Below are positions 62,986 to 64,000 of a stretch of DNA of 64,000 nt, one piece after another. How positions within the stretch are numbered: the stretch's first letter is position 1; each line of letters begins with the position of its first letter. The DNA comes from Negaprion brevirostris (Eukaryota). The stretch is from positions 103,126,955 through 103,190,954 of the forward strand of contig JARDVH010000042.1 of NCBI GenBank assembly GCA_030324005.1, given 5' to 3'. Position numbers and translations under genes: made by a program. The notes beneath the pieces were generated by a model, which was not told the origin of the DNA, did not search any database, and saw only the letters and a program-made list of their open reading frames with translations.

Positions 62986-63890
62986 ACATGATACATTTTG
63001 GTAGGACGAATGAGAAAAGGCAATGTGAAGTAAATGGTACTATTTTAATGAGGGTACAGGAACAGAGACACCTGTGGATGAATAAAACCAATCTTTGAAT
63101 GTGGCAGGACAGATTGAGTTAGCTGTTAAATAGGCAAGAGAGATCCTTGCATTTACTAATAGGAGAACAAAGTATAAAGACAAACAAGTTATTCTAGACT
63201 TTTATAAGGCACTTAATAGGACTCATCTGGAATAATGGGCTCAGTTCTGGGCACCACACTTTAGAAAAGATAGCATGAGTATATAAAAGGTTTATCAGAT
63301 TGATAGCAAAATGAGAGATTAGAGGTATGTCAAGAGACTGAGAAAGTTCTCTTCTCAGCAGGAAGGCTTAAGAGGGGATTTCTTAAAGATTTCCAAAATT
63401 GTGAATGGCTTTGATAGTATAAATGAGGAGCAGCAGTTTCCAGTGATAGAACGAACAATAATTTGAAGATACAGGTTTAAAGTAATTGGCAAAACAAAAC
63501 AGAGGTAACATAAGGAAACATTTTTTTGCACAAGTTGTTATACCTGAAGAGAGAGTGAAAACAGATTCAACAACAAATTTGAAAAGGGATAAGTTGACAT
63601 TTATATCGTGATTCAAGGATGGCATCTGCTCAGACTGATAGATTTTTGCAAGAGTCTTTATGTCTTGACCCACAGGCCTTTGGGCACATGAGTTATTGTG
63701 TCCATGAGATAGTGCAAGATTTATTTCCTTTATTTGCTTCTGCACTGCTGCTCTGCCTCATTGATAGTGGTTGAATAAATACTTGGGAATATGAGTGGGA
63801 CTAATTGGATAACTCTATCAAAGCGCCAGTATAGCCTTGATGAAGTGAAAGGCCTGTTTCTTAACTGTATCATTTTATGTTTCTATGATC
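62985..63890 (+). mobile_element. Old CR1 LINE 3' fragments
   Basis: ctttataaggcacttaataggactcatctggaataa...cagttctgggcaccacactttagaaa and aggcttaagaggggattt CR1 motifs; ttctatgat tail. Confidence 0.7.
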
Positions 63891-64000
63891 TAATGATCCA
63901 GGAAATGTCTGCAACCCTCCGTATTTAGTTTAGTCTTGTGTAGTAATTCAGTCAAATGCCAGTTTCCTGTCACCTGTATTGTGCACCAAAGGAAAAGGCC

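Overview
This is eukaryotic vertebrate genomic DNA. The V-SINE/HE1-type and Deu-type SINEs and dense CR1 fragments point to a cartilaginous fish, probably a shark (inference). The window is an internal 61-kb slice of a FREM1 (QBRICK) orthologue on the + strand. Seventeen coding exons (385-61388) have consistent splice phases wherever both boundaries are visible; one exon is cut by an assembly gap. They encode CSPG/cadherin-like repeats, the Calx-beta domain and the RGD-bearing linker. The gene start and the C-type lectin end lie outside the window. Introns are filled with decayed CR1/L2/Tx1 LINEs, tRNA-derived SINEs, three degenerate Gypsy proviruses, Harbinger remnants and MITEs, and Penelope-like fold-back fragments with hammerhead-like cores. 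Best finding: an in-frame, strong-Kozak ATG at 40614, inside the acceptor region of exon 11, encodes MVNQENLLKAALPLTLFV-R. This closely resembles my recollection of the unique N-terminus of the mammalian short FREM1 isoform TILRR, an IL-1 receptor co-receptor, suggesting that isoform may date back to the jawed-vertebrate ancestor. Other notable items are a GC-AG donor at the end of the same exon, a retained RGD in a divergent linker, a cluster of U2 snRNA 5' fragments at 5204-5424, and a 66-bp hAT-Charlie MITE with a perfect 8-bp TSD. Exon numbers are window-relative. All family assignments come from motif recognition, not database searches.
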